Shown here: piece after piece, positions 1 to 9,381 of the stretch
How positions within the stretch are numbered: the stretch's first letter is position 1
How the letters are laid out: each line of letters starts with the position of its first letter
Source: Pedosphaera sp.
GTDB taxonomy: Bacteria; Verrucomicrobiota; Verrucomicrobiia; Limisphaerales; SIBH01
Assembly (NCBI GenBank): GCA_031411375.1
Contig: JANOAY010000173.1
Coordinates: forward strand, 1 to 29,462
DNA: 29,462 nucleotides
Direction of reading: 5' to 3'
Position numbers and translations under genes: made by a program
The notes under the pieces: model-generated
The model's database searches: none
Told to the model about the DNA's origin: nothing
Seen by the model: only the letters and a program-made list of their open reading frames with translations

Positions 1-107
1 GGCGCCGTCCGCGAAAATTTTCACCTGCAACCGGGACAATGGATTCATCGGGGCGAGACTGTAGCGAGGGGTGGAAAGAGAGCAATGGCGCAAATCACAA
101 CGGCCCC

Positions 108-213
108 GGAGCGCGGGTTTTCAACCCGCAGCAACGTGAAATGGAGAGCAGTGTCCGCAAGTTCTCAAGCCCTCAACTTGCGAACGTTGCTGCGGGTTAA
201 AAACCCGCGCTCC
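108..213. repeat. REPIN-like element: two inverted 30-nt GGAG-footed REPs with an internal hairpin
   Basis: 108-137 GGAGCGCGGGTTTTCAACCCGCAGCAACGT matches the reverse complement of 184-213 at 29/30 nt. Each arm has a GCGGG-N7-CCCGC hairpin. Inner hairpin CGCAAGTT (156-163)/AACTTGCG (175-182). Ends 1 nt from the pgi stop. Confidence 0.85.
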
Positions 214-214
214 A

Positions 215-1807
215 TCACCGCTGGTAAGTCGCCTCAAACGGCGTGCGCCCAACCTGCTTCCGCACGCCGTGATCGGGATTGGCGGCCAGATGTTCGCAGA
301 CTTTGAAGACGGTCTCGAAGTCGTCGTGCGCGCCGAGGCCGCTGGCGATTTGCGCCGAGGTCAGCGCGTGGCCCTTCTTCTCGGCGAGGTAGGCGAGGGT
401 TTTTCCCTGCAACACGATGACCGCCGTAGCGGCCTTCTTGCCCGCCTCCACGCCGGGCTGATGGTAGGCGTTGATGTTGATGAGGCTGGCGTAAAGCCCG
501 ACCGCGCGCTCAAACAGCGCGATGAGCACGCCCACCGAAAACGGCGAAACTTCATTGATCGTGAGCGTGATGGATTCGCGCCCGCTCTCGTAAAGCGCCG
601 TCCGCGTGCCGAGAAAAAAGCCCGCGAGATAATCACCCGCCGTCACGCCCGGCTCGACGAGCAGTGACGCCGTCTGCCGGTCGCGCAGCACCTCGATGAA
701 CGTGACGAAGAAATTGTTCAACCCGTCGCGCAACTGCTGCACGTAGGCGTGCTGGTCGGTCGAGCCTTTGTTGCCATAGACGGCAAGACCCTTGTTCACG
801 AGCTTGCCGTCGCGGTCGAGTTCCTTGCCGATTGATTCCATGACGAGCTGCTGGAGATATTTGGAGAAGAGTTCCAAACGATCCTTGTAGGGTAGCACGA
901 CCATGTCCTTCGCGCCCCGTCCGCCGCCGGCGTGGAACCACATCGCGGCGAGCAGCGTGGCGGGATTGCGCGCGGTGTCGGCGAGGCGCGTGACTTCATC
1001 GCACGCCCGCGCTCCGGCCAGCAGCGCGTCAATATCGAGTCCTTGCAGCGCGGCGGGCAGCAGACCCACGGCGGAAAGCTCACTGGTGCGGCCGCCCACC
1101 CAGTCCCACATCGGGAAGCGCGGCAGCCAGCCGTTCTTCGTCGCAAATTGATCCAGTTCGCTGCCTGCGCCCGTGACGGCGACGGCGTGGGTCGCAAACT
1201 TCAACCCCGCGCGCTCGTACGCCGCCTGCGCTTCGAGCATCCCGTTGCGCGTCTCTTTGGTGCCGCCGGATTTTGAGATGACCACCGAGAGCGTCCAGCC
1301 GAGTTCGCCGCCAATCTCCGCGAGCACCTTGTCCATGCCGTCGGGATCGGTGTTGTCGAAGAAGAACACGCGCATCTTGTCTGACGCAGGCTGGCCGAGC
1401 GCCTTGGCCACGAATTGCGGCCCGAGCGCCGAGCCGCCGATGCCGATGACGAGCACATTTTTGAAGGGCGCACCCGCGCCGCGCACCGTGCCGCCGTGGA
1501 CTTGCACGGCGAATTTCTTCACCGCCGCCACGGTGGTTTCAATCTCCAGCCGCATCTCCGGCGTGGGCGCGAGCGCGGCGTTCCGCAGCCAGTAGTGGCC
1601 GACCATGCGCTTCTCGTCCGCGTTGGCGATGCTGCCCGCTTCGAGCGCCTTCATCTCGGCGAAAGCGGATTGCAGGCGCGGCTCCATCTGCGCGAAGAAG
1701 TCGTCGGCGAAATTCATCCGGCTCAAATCCACGCCGAGACCGAGGGCGGGAAATTCCGAGTAATGTTTCTGGAAGCGGTGCCACAACTGCTCTTGGGATA
1801 GTTTCAT
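215..1807 (-). CDS. pgi: Glucose-6-phosphate isomerase
   Basis: Motifs [53 protein letters not shown]. Start reassigned to ATG at 1807 (MKLSQEQLW) because the ORF-track start at 1978 overlaps tatD. Confidence 0.96.
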   Translation of the reverse strand: MKLSQEQLWHRFQKHYSEFPALGLGVDLSRMNFADDFFAQMEPRLQSAFAEMKALEAGSIANADEKRMVGHYWLRNAALAPTPEMRLEIETTVAAVKKFAVQVHGGTVRGAGAPFKNVLVIGIGGSALGPQFVAKALGQPASDKMRVFFFDNTDPDGMDKVLAEIGGELGWTLSVVISKSGGTKETRNGMLEAQAAYERAGLKFATHAVAVTGAGSELDQFATKNGWLPRFPMWDWVGGRTSELSAVGLLPAALQGLDIDALLAGARACDEVTRLADTARNPATLLAAMWFHAGGGRGAKDMVVLPYKDRLELFSKYLQQLVMESIGKELDRDGKLVNKGLAVYGNKGSTDQHAYVQQLRDGLNNFFVTFIEVLRDRQTASLLVEPGVTAGDYLAGFFLGTRTALYESGRESITLTINEVSPFSVGVLIALFERAVGLYASLININAYHQPGVEAGKKAATAVIVLQGKTLAYLAEKKGHALTSAQIASGLGAHDDFETVFKVCEHLAANPDHGVRKQVGRTPFEATYQR

Positions 1808-1854
1808 ACGCGCGCGGACTTTGAACCGGTGGCGCGCGCGTTCAAAGAATCTTT

Positions 1855-2661
1855 TCAGCGCAGCTTCGGAAAGAACGCGTGCGCGGCGTCGCACGTCGCG
1901 CGGCTGAGTTCTTCCAGCGAACAGTTTTTCACCTGGGCAGTCGTGTCCGCGATTTCCTTCACGTAGGCCGGCTCGCACCGCTTGCCGCGATACGGAATCG
2001 GCGCGAGGAACGGGCCGTCCGTCTCCAGCATGAATTCACCGAGCGGGGTCGCGGCCACGGCGTCGCGCACATTCTGGCCGTTCTTGAAGGTGACGATGCC
2101 GGTGAAGCTCACGAGGGAGCCAAGCGCACGAATGCGCGCCAGCGCGGCGAGGTCGCCGGAGAAGCAGTGGAACACGCCGCGCGTGCGTCCGGCGAACGGC
2201 TGCAGGAGCGCGAGCGTGTCATCGAGCGTTTCGCCGCGCTGGTGGATGACGCAGTTCAGTTTCAGTTCCGCCGCCACTTCGAGTTGCTGCCGGAAAATCT
2301 CGGCCTGCTTGCGCTGGTAGCTGGCGTCGTCCTCCGCCGTGCCGCCTTTCGCGCTCGGCATCCGGTAGTAGTCCAGGCCGGTCTCGCCGATGGCGACGAC
2401 CTTGGGATGCGCGGCGAGTTCACGCAGCGTCGGGCGCACGTCATCCGGTGCGTCGAGCGCGTCGGAGGGATGCCAGCCGACGACGGCGAAAATTTCCTCG
2501 TGTGCTTCCGCGAGCGCGACCGCGCGGCGGCTGCTCTCGAAGTTGGTGCCGATGGAAATCATCCGCGTGATGCCGGCGGCGCGGGCGCGGGCGAGCACGT
2601 CGGCGAAATCCGGCTGGAAATCCGGGTAATCGAGATGCGCGTGGGTGTCGTAAAAATCCAT
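1855..2661 (-). CDS. tatD: TatD family metal-dependent hydrolase/DNase
   Basis: Motifs [48 protein letters not shown]. Confidence 0.95.
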   Translation of the reverse strand: MDFYDTHAHLDYPDFQPDFADVLARARAAGITRMISIGTNFESSRRAVALAEAHEEIFAVVGWHPSDALDAPDDVRPTLRELAAHPKVVAIGETGLDYYRMPSAKGGTAEDDASYQRKQAEIFRQQLEVAAELKLNCVIHQRGETLDDTLALLQPFAGRTRGVFHCFSGDLAALARIRALGSLVSFTGIVTFKNGQNVRDAVAATPLGEFMLETDGPFLAPIPYRGKRCEPAYVKEIADTTAQVKNCSLEELSRATCDAAHAFFPKLR

Positions 2662-2675
2662 GCGCGGGGAATTTA

Positions 2676-2700
2676 TGATAGGCGATGGGCGATTGACGAG
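2676..2700. repeat. Short heptamer tandem array (GATAGGC GATGGGC GATTGAC)
   Basis: Three imperfect 7-mer units just upstream of tatD. Confidence 0.45.
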
Positions 2701-2714
2701 CGCGGGGTTTTATC

Positions 2715-2797
2715 GGAGCGCGGATCGCTGCGTCCGCGTGTCTCTTATTTCTACTCGTGACAAACTACGAACACGCGGACTCGGCGGTCCGCGCTCC
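2715..2797. repeat. REPIN-like element: inverted GGAG-CGCGGA(C)-N-(G)TCCGCG REP pair
   Basis: GGAGCGCGGA (2715-2724)/TCCGCGCTCC (2788-2797) and GTCCGCGTGT (2732-2741)/ACACGCGGAC (2771-2780). Each arm forms its own hairpin. Lies 5 nt past the stop of the 2803-5883 gene. Confidence 0.8.
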
Positions 2798-2802
2798 GCG
2801 CC

Positions 2803-5800
2803 TCACGGCGCGCTCAGGCGCACGCGGTAGAATTTCTGCGCGGCGTTCGTGGGGTCGGTGATGCTCACGGCGTTTGAGGCGGCCGGATACGTCGGGCGAT
2901 TCTCCGGCACGTTCAGGAAGTTCCATGGAATCGGCAGCGTCAGGTTCGTCGTGGTCTCGACGCGGGCGGCGCGGTTGGGCGGATGTACGAATTGCACCGT
3001 GCCGCCGTTCGTGGCGGTGAGCGCGATGACCAGCGGTGCGATGGTGTTCGTCCAGCCGCCCGCGAGGTCATTGGTAATCCAGCGGCTCAACAGCGCGATG
3101 GCCTGGGTGTCGAGCACGGAGGACGCGAGCGGCGGCATCTGCGAAAGGCCACGCACCGAGAGGCGCGTGAGCAGCATGGAGTTCGACACGGAGCCGGGGA
3201 CGATGACGCGTTTGTTGGTGTCGCCAAAATTGTTGGCGAGCACGCCGTGAATGAGTCCCGAGTTCGCGGTGAAGTTGGTCACGCTCGCGTTCCACGAGCC
3301 GAGACCGAGGCCGCCCGGCTGATGGCACGAGGCGCAGTTCGCCGCGAGGTAGGAGCGCACGCGCCATTCGAGGCTGGCATTTTCATTCGTCGCCGCCGCG
3401 AGCGCGCGGAGGGAATGCACTTCCGTTGGCGCGTTGGAGAAAATTCCCGCCGCGCTCAGGAACGCGAGCTGGTTCGACACGCCGCCCGTGTAGCCGTAGT
3501 CGCGGTTCAACTGCACGGTGTTGAAGCCGAGGGCGAGTCCGGCCACGGGCGAGTGACAGGTGTTGCATTCGGACCGGGCGGGATAGTGCCAGACCTGCGT
3601 GCGCATGTTGCCACCGTCGTTGATCGTGAACGCCTCGTCGAGTCCCAGGTCCGGCACGAGTGTGGCGTTGGTCAGCGAGCCGCCCCAGCGATAGGTGACG
3701 CCATAAACGCCGCCGGTGTTGCGCACGAGGATGCGCGTCTCCAGCCGGCGCGCGGAGGACGGCACGCCATTGGTCAGTTCGAGATCGAAGTGTTTCACCC
3801 AGGCCTGGCCGACCGGCAGCGTCCAGTGGTTTTCCGCCTGGAAGCCAATTTTCGCGCCATTGGTCGGCATAAAAAACCAGCGCGACTTGCGGGCGTGGTC
3901 AGACCAGAAGTGAACATTGATGTCGTACGGCAGCAGGCCGCTGTTGGCGGTGAGCGCCTGCGTCTGGTTGGTGATCGAAGTCAGGTTCGTGAACGCGCCG
4001 GTGTCGGCCAGCGTGGGCGGGAACGGCGTGCCCGACTGGACGTTCGTGCTCAGGATGAGCCGTTGGATGCCGGTCGCAAGATCGGCCAGCAGCACGTCGC
4101 CGTTACGCGGGTCACGTCCGAACGCGGCGATGCCGGGATCCTGAAAAAGCTGGCGGAATTCTGTGACGTTCGTGCCGTTCCAGCGCAGCGACCACACGTT
4201 GCCGGGGCTGGTGTAGTCGGCGTAAATGTAGCAGCCCGTCAGCTCGGCGAGGTTCGTGCCACGATAGACGACGCCACCCGTGATTGAGTTGCCGACGTTC
4301 GTGCCGCTGCCGCCGTGCGGGTAGTCAATGATCGGGTTGAGCGCCAGCCCGCCGGTGTTCGCCTTCGGCCCGGTTGTAAAACCTTCGCGGAACGCCCAGC
4401 CGTAGTTGCCGCCTTTCACCACCACGTCCACCTCCTCACGCGCGCCGCCGCCGACATCGCCGCAGTAGAGCCAGCCGGTGACGGGATCGAAAGAGAAGCG
4501 CCAGGGATTTCTCATGCCCACGGCGTAGAACTCCGTGCGTTTCACACCGCCGGGATTCAACTCGCCGACGAGGTTGCTGCTGACCCACGGATTGTCGGCG
4601 GGCACGAAAAAGTTGGTGGCGTTTTGGAGGGCCACATGCGGATTGGGATCGAGGTTGCCCGGCTGCTTGTCCACATCGATGCGGATGAGGCCGGCGAAGA
4701 AATCCTTGCGGATGGTCTGGCTGTTGTTGCGTACGTCGTCCTGATCGCCTTCGTCGCCGAAGCTGATGTAGAGGTAGCCGTCCGGCCCGAAATGCAGATC
4801 GCCGCCGTTATGATTGCAGGCCTGATCAAACTGCGTGATGAGCGGCAACTCGGTGTTCGTGAGCGCGGTGTTGCCGCCGGGCGCGGTAGTTTGAAAACGC
4901 GCGACGCGCTGGTGCAGCGCGTTCGTGCCGCCCGGCTCCGGCGTGGTGGAGAGCGTGGAATAAAACAGGAAGAAGTGGCCGTTCGTCGCAAAGCCCGGAT
5001 GCAACGCGAAGCCGAGCGCGCCCTCCTCGCAGGACTGGGAGGAAAGTTTGGCGGAGAAGTCCATGACCAGCGTGCGCGTGGGCGCGGCGAGGTTGGTGAT
5101 CACGGTGAGGCGTCCGCCGCGCTCGAGCACGAACAGGCGGTTGGTCTCGCCCGCCGGAGTGTCGAAGGCGATGGGCGCGGAGATGTTCGCGCCCGGAAAC
5201 GCGGGCACCAGCCCGTAGCCGAAGACCGGCGGGCTGGGCGGCATCCGCAGCGTGGGCGGCGGATTCGTCTCGGTGATGATCGCGCTCAACGCCGTACCGA
5301 AAACGATGTCCGTGCTGCCCGCCGTGGTCTGATGCACTTCGACGGCGAGAACATTGGTGCCGGTGATCAGATTCGTCTGCACCACCGGCCCGGAAAGCGC
5401 GGTCACTTCAAACGCCGTGGCGTCGTGGCTGGTGGCGAGATTCGTGTAACTGATCCCGGCGGGCGCGGCGGGAAGATACTGCCGAAGAATCTCGCGCCCG
5501 TTCAGATAAAAAACCGCGCCGTCATCAATCAAATTCGAGAAGACCAGCGACACACCGTTCACGCCGTTGCTGAAAACAAAACTGGTGCGGAAATAATACG
5601 TGATGCGCCCGAGCGCGAGGATGGTGTTGGTGCGGGCGATGGCGAAGGCATTGCCGGCATCCTCGAACGCCAGCACGCCCCGTCCAAGCGGCAGCGCGGA
5701 GTCGTCGAAGTTGGGCGCGGTCCAGTTCGTGCCGTCGTAGGAGACGGTTTGGTTGTAACGCCATGAGTTCGTCAGACGCAGCAGGGTGAATTCGCCCGAC

Positions 5801-5883
5801 TGCGCGTGCAGCAAAACGGGCGTGAGGACGAGAGCCGCCAGCGCCAGCAGGGCGGCGAGACATTTACGTGACTTGATGCGCAT
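2803..5883 (-). CDS. Secreted multidomain protein: beta-sandwich (DDGAVFYLNG) + PQQ-type glucose/sorbosone dehydrogenase propeller + diheme cytochrome c (SO2930-like) + short C-terminal module
   Basis: Signal peptide (KCLAALLALAALVLTPVLLHA). GSDH motifs EEGALGFALHPGF, NHNGGDLHFGPDGYLYISFGD, YAVGMRNPWRFSFD, GNYGW, SITGG. Two CxxCH motifs (CNTCH, CASCH) in a FWSD..VKHF..RRLETRILV..LGFNTVQLNR..RSYLAANC context. GGAGG Shine-Dalgarno upstream. Confidence 0.85.
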   Translation of the reverse strand: MRIKSRKCLAALLALAALVLTPVLLHAQSGEFTLLRLTNSWRYNQTVSYDGTNWTAPNFDDSALPLGRGVLAFEDAGNAFAIARTNTILALGRITYYFRTSFVFSNGVNGVSLVFSNLIDDGAVFYLNGREILRQYLPAAPAGISYTNLATSHDATAFEVTALSGPVVQTNLITGTNVLAVEVHQTTAGSTDIVFGTALSAIITETNPPPTLRMPPSPPVFGYGLVPAFPGANISAPIAFDTPAGETNRLFVLERGGRLTVITNLAAPTRTLVMDFSAKLSSQSCEEGALGFALHPGFATNGHFFLFYSTLSTTPEPGGTNALHQRVARFQTTAPGGNTALTNTELPLITQFDQACNHNGGDLHFGPDGYLYISFGDEGDQDDVRNNSQTIRKDFFAGLIRIDVDKQPGNLDPNPHVALQNATNFFVPADNPWVSSNLVGELNPGGVKRTEFYAVGMRNPWRFSFDPVTGWLYCGDVGGGAREEVDVVVKGGNYGWAFREGFTTGPKANTGGLALNPIIDYPHGGSGTNVGNSITGGVVYRGTNLAELTGCYIYADYTSPGNVWSLRWNGTNVTEFRQLFQDPGIAAFGRDPRNGDVLLADLATGIQRLILSTNVQSGTPFPPTLADTGAFTNLTSITNQTQALTANSGLLPYDINVHFWSDHARKSRWFFMPTNGAKIGFQAENHWTLPVGQAWVKHFDLELTNGVPSSARRLETRILVRNTGGVYGVTYRWGGSLTNATLVPDLGLDEAFTINDGGNMRTQVWHYPARSECNTCHSPVAGLALGFNTVQLNRDYGYTGGVSNQLAFLSAAGIFSNAPTEVHSLRALAAATNENASLEWRVRSYLAANCASCHQPGGLGLGSWNASVTNFTANSGLIHGVLANNFGDTNKRVIVPGSVSNSMLLTRLSVRGLSQMPPLASSVLDTQAIALLSRWITNDLAGGWTNTIAPLVIALTATNGGTVQFVHPPNRAARVETTTNLTLPIPWNFLNVPENRPTYPAASNAVSITDPTNAAQKFYRVRLSAP

Positions 5884-6016
5884 TATTTTTCCTCCTGGCT
5901 CCGGCGAACTCCCGCGCGCACGCGCGCTGGGTTTTCACCCGAGATGATTCGTCGTTTGGACAACGCGCCCACTCAACTGCAATTCCCGGCGCAAAGCAAA
6001 CGCGGAGGCGCAGCCT

Positions 6017-6091
6017 AGTAACGCCGGCATCCTTGCCGGCGCGAGGGTGGGCTTGGATCAGAAACGCGCCGGCTGGAAGCCGGCGCCCCCC
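6017..6091. repeat. REP doublet, CGCCGGC-N5/6-GCCGGCG type
   Basis: GTAA-CGCCGGC-ATCCTT-GCCGGCG and CGCCGGC-TGGAA-GCCGGCG-CCCC in the divergent intergenic region. The flanking tetranucleotides resemble degenerate GTAG/GGAG REP feet. Confidence 0.65.
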
Positions 6092-6271
6092 AGGCGTGGG
6101 CGGCCTGCGGACCCTCCGCGTGCTTTCTCCCGCGCCTCCGACGCGCCTTGTCAGCGCGCGTCCGACAACAACCAAAAAATTTTACCGAAACTGACATCAG
6201 CAGTTGCGCCGCGCGGTGACTTCTGATTCCTTTCCGCCCCAAGAAAGATACCCGGACAGCAGCGAAAAAAA

Positions 6272-6724
6272 ATGTTTGCAGCAATTGGAAATTTGATGGG
6301 CCGCAAGCCCGCCACCGTGGCCGCCCCGGCCGTGCGCGCTCCCTTCCCTCCCGCCACGAACGGCAACCAGTCCACCACCGCCACCAGCCGCCGGCGCGAA
6401 GACCCGCGCGATGTGTATGCGCGCGTCTTCCGTTTCAAGCCCACGCCCGGCGAGGCTCTGACGAGCGTGGAAATCATCGGCTCGTTCACGCGCTGGCAGA
6501 CGGTGTCGCTCACGCACGACAAACTTCAGAACATGTGGACCGCGACCATCACCGGCATCCCCGGCAAGAAGACGCACCACTACATGCTGCTCGTGAACGG
6601 CCAGCCCGTGCATGATCCGTCGTGCGACGGACTCGCGGTGCCGCAGGGTTTTGATGAGGAACAATTTGCTTTGGGAACCGCCAAGGGACCGCGCGTGCTG
6701 ATGATGTTCGCGCAGACGAAGTAA
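6272..6724 (+). CDS. Stand-alone glycogen-binding CBM48/AMPK-beta-like domain protein
   Basis: VEIIGSFTRWQ...L....NMWTATI......HHYMLLVNG is the E-set/CBM48 pattern (GSFxxW, W, YxxxVxG). Preceded by a Pro/Ala/Thr-rich low-complexity N-terminus. Confidence 0.8.
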   Translation: MFAAIGNLMGRKPATVAAPAVRAPFPPATNGNQSTTATSRRREDPRDVYARVFRFKPTPGEALTSVEIIGSFTRWQTVSLTHDKLQNMWTATITGIPGKKTHHYMLLVNGQPVHDPSCDGLAVPQGFDEEQFALGTAKGPRVLMMFAQTK

Positions 6725-6803
6725 GGTGGAGACGGCCGCTCCGGCGGCCGAAGGCGGCCTCGTTGCGCGGGGCCGCCTTGCCTTACGGGCGGCAAATAAA
6801 ATT

Positions 6804-6840
6804 GGAGCGGCGGACAGCCTTGTCCGCCGTTTTTCTTTTC
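6804..6840 (+). terminator. GGAG-footed REP hairpin with T-tract, likely intrinsic terminator of the CBM48 gene
   Basis: Perfect 9-bp stem CGGCGGACA (6808-6816)/TGTCCGCCG (6821-6829), loop GCCT, followed by TTTTTCTTTTC. Same family as the 2715-2797 REPs. Confidence 0.65.
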
Positions 6841-6882
6841 CGAGTCTTGGCGCCGTGCAACTTGCTTGGATACCGAACGTCT

Positions 6883-7007
6883 CCTTCCCCTCACCCCAGC
6901 GCAGAGGGAGCATCGCATTCAGCCTCACCACGACAGAGCGCGCTCGACTCGACGAACGCTGTATGACTGGCTCCCTCTCCTTTGGGGAGAGGGCCGGGGT
7001 GAGGGGA
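6883..7007. repeat. CCCCTCACCCC / CCCTCTCC-type palindromic repeat element
   Basis: CCCCTCACCCC near 6887 is inverted to GGGGTGAGGGG near 6996-7006. The right arm carries the CCCTCTCC-N-GGAGAGGG hairpin, and the left arm looks internally deleted. Lies between convergent genes. Confidence 0.7.
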
Positions 7008-7083
7008 ACGGCGCGCACCTTCAACCGTCCGGCCACTTCCATCAAAGGGCGATTCAGTTGGTTGGACAAGCTGGAAGCCCGCC

Positions 7084-9363
7084 CTACTGGTTGGCCGCGT
7101 TCGGCGTCGGCGTCATCGGCACCCACACGTTCATGTCCGCAGCAGAGCGTCCGTAGGAAACATCCGTGGCCTGCGCGCCGAAGGCGATGGTGTCGAGCAC
7201 GGCGTTGAAGTTCGCGTCCGTGTCGTTGAGGTAAATCTGTTCGCCGCTGCCGGAGAGTTTGAAGCTCGCGTGCAGGCCCGGCACGGCCAGCGTGTCCTCG
7301 TCCGCCCACACCAGAAGATAACCGTCCGCCGGAATCGTCGTGCCGTTCGGTAAGGCCCACTTGCGCGGATTGCCCGGCTCGTCGCTCAAGTAACGGCCCG
7401 TGAGGTCCACAGGTGAACTCGTGAGATTCCGCAACTCAATCCAGTCCTCAAACTCGCCCTGCGGGTCGGCGATGGTCGAAAGATTCGACGCCATGAATTC
7501 GTTGATGACCACCGGCGTGTTCGTGGCCGTGACCAGCGCCACGCGGTAATCGTAGGTGACGTGCTCCGCGCGCGCGGGCGCGAAGCTCGCGGCGCGGGCT
7601 GCGTTCGCCGAGCGCGCCTCCACGTAGTAGCGCACCTTGCTGCCCGCCGGATAATTCGTCGTGGCCGCGCCGAACACGCCGTCGCCCGCCGCGCCGTCGC
7701 CGTGCGCGCCGTCGTCGAACATCGGCGTGCTGACAAATTTTCCGTACGCCTTGCCGCGATGATAGAGCCACACCGAATCAATCCCGTTCGCGCCGTTGGC
7801 CGTGACGGCTGCGGTGATGAAGGGCGTCTCCGCCGGCGTGGGCGCAACCGCCGGGCCGTTCACGACGCCGAGGACGGGCGCGGCCTGCGCGACCTCGGCG
7901 TGGTTGTTCAGATAGTTGTAGCGATTGGTCACGAACGATTTCATGGAGAGCAAATCATTCGTGTAGGCCGTCATCGTGTAGCTCTTGTTCGTGTCGGCGG
8001 TGATGGCGGCGAGGGTCAGCGCGACGTAAGCGTCAATGCGCGGCGTGAGCAGCGCGGGATGATAATTCTCCGCGAGCACGGTGCGAATGTGCGCGAGGTA
8101 ACGCTGGCGCAACTCCTGGTTCGCGAGCAGCCGGTAGAGGAGCGGGCGGTTGTTTGTCAGGGCACTGCCGCCGGTGGCGTTGTAGCCGACGAGCGGCGAG
8201 AGCGTGGCGTCGCCGACGATGAACGCCTCGTTGCCGTCGTGCTCGACCGGGTGCATCCGCCCGCTCTCGACCTCGTAGTAGGCGGCGTAGTCCGCGCCCT
8301 TGTTCCAATAGCTGTCGTCGTCGGCAAAAAGATTTTCCAGCGCGAGGAACCAGAGCCACGAGTCCACGGCCCAGGTGTTTTCCAGCGTGTCGCGCAGCGT
8401 GTTCGTGGGCGTGAGATTGAGCGCGGTGATGCAGTTGGCGAGACGCTGGTAGGCGTTGGTCGTGCTGGTGTTGTCCGTCTTGAGTTCGTAGCGCGTGGTA
8501 TAGCTGGTGCCGTTGGAGCTGAAGTAGGCGAAGGCGGAATTGGAACTGGTGAACCCGCCGCCCATGCCGCCGCCCGCCGAGTTGGGCGCGCGCCAGCGGT
8601 CCCCGTCCGCGCTCGCGAACCATTGCCGCATCATCTGGCTGTTCTCCTGCTGAATGAGCGAATACACGCCCCAGAAGCCGCCGTTGATGTGAACGCGTGC
8701 CACCGCGCCGAGCGGGCAGGGCGTGTACTGGCTCATCACGTTGAAGTAGAGCGCCTCGCGCAAAATCGTCTCGTCGCCCGCCGCGTTGTTCAGGTTCACG
8801 GTCTGGTAGGTCATCAAGTCTGCGTTCGTGTCGCGCCAGTCGAACTCCATGTTGATGGATTTTTTCGTGCCGCCCAGATTGTAGGAAGTGTTGCCCTTGT
8901 AGCGCGCGCCGACCTGGAAGTTCGTCGTGCCGTTGTCGAGGAAGACGGTGCAGAAGGTGTTCGAGCCGGTGGTGCGGCCGTTGGCCAGGAGCGTGGGCCA
9001 GTTGGCCTGGGTGAAAATAAAACTGACGGTGCGAAAGAGCGATGGGTCGAAGAGGCCGTCCGTTTCCAGCGCACGATAGAAGCGCGCGGCGTTGGTGGCG
9101 GGGCCGACGGAACGCCACGGGGCGTTCGTCTCCTGCTGGCCGGAGATGAGCGCGCCGAAGTTCGTGAGCGTGATCCAGTTCGTGAGGTTGGAGGAGGATT
9201 GCACGCGCCAGTCGCGGTCGTGATCGGCCTCGACACGGAGGAGCGCATTGGAGCCGGAGAGTTTCAGCCGCACCTCGGCGGAGCGGACAGCGGTGACGAA
9301 AAAGAGAGCAACGAAGAGAAGGACGCCGCGCCGGGGCACGAGAGAACGGAAGAGTTTTTTCAT
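7084..9363 (-). CDS. Secreted CotH-family kinase with choice-of-anchor-X-like segment and C-terminal lamin tail domain
   Basis: Signal peptide. CotH motifs VGARYKGNTS, KKSINMEF, VHINGGFWGVYSLIQQ, DDDSYWNKGADY, HDGNEAF. MFDDGAHGDGAAGDGVF motif. LTD motif VVINEFMASN...DWIELRN...DLTGRYLSD. Confidence 0.88.
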   Translation of the reverse strand: MKKLFRSLVPRRGVLLFVALFFVTAVRSAEVRLKLSGSNALLRVEADHDRDWRVQSSSNLTNWITLTNFGALISGQQETNAPWRSVGPATNAARFYRALETDGLFDPSLFRTVSFIFTQANWPTLLANGRTTGSNTFCTVFLDNGTTNFQVGARYKGNTSYNLGGTKKSINMEFDWRDTNADLMTYQTVNLNNAAGDETILREALYFNVMSQYTPCPLGAVARVHINGGFWGVYSLIQQENSQMMRQWFASADGDRWRAPNSAGGGMGGGFTSSNSAFAYFSSNGTSYTTRYELKTDNTSTTNAYQRLANCITALNLTPTNTLRDTLENTWAVDSWLWFLALENLFADDDSYWNKGADYAAYYEVESGRMHPVEHDGNEAFIVGDATLSPLVGYNATGGSALTNNRPLLYRLLANQELRQRYLAHIRTVLAENYHPALLTPRIDAYVALTLAAITADTNKSYTMTAYTNDLLSMKSFVTNRYNYLNNHAEVAQAAPVLGVVNGPAVAPTPAETPFITAAVTANGANGIDSVWLYHRGKAYGKFVSTPMFDDGAHGDGAAGDGVFGAATTNYPAGSKVRYYVEARSANAARAASFAPARAEHVTYDYRVALVTATNTPVVINEFMASNLSTIADPQGEFEDWIELRNLTSSPVDLTGRYLSDEPGNPRKWALPNGTTIPADGYLLVWADEDTLAVPGLHASFKLSGSGEQIYLNDTDANFNAVLDTIAFGAQATDVSYGRSAADMNVWVPMTPTPNAANQ

Positions 9364-9381
9364 GGGACGGGCCGCCCCGCG

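Noticed and set aside
1808-1978. N-terminal extension of Pgi in the ORF track
   Set aside because: Overlaps tatD and is not Pgi-like. ATG 1807 gives a normal-length protein.
215-2661. pgi-tatD pair and the apparent cyanobacterial/plastid-like Pgi type
   Set aside because: Ordinary housekeeping genes, and the subtype impression cannot be verified without phylogeny.
6197-7360. 387-aa minus-strand ORF spanning the repeat-rich 6724-7084 region
   Set aside because: Runs antisense to the CBM48 gene, through REP palindromes and off-frame over the CotH 3' end. No protein-like features.
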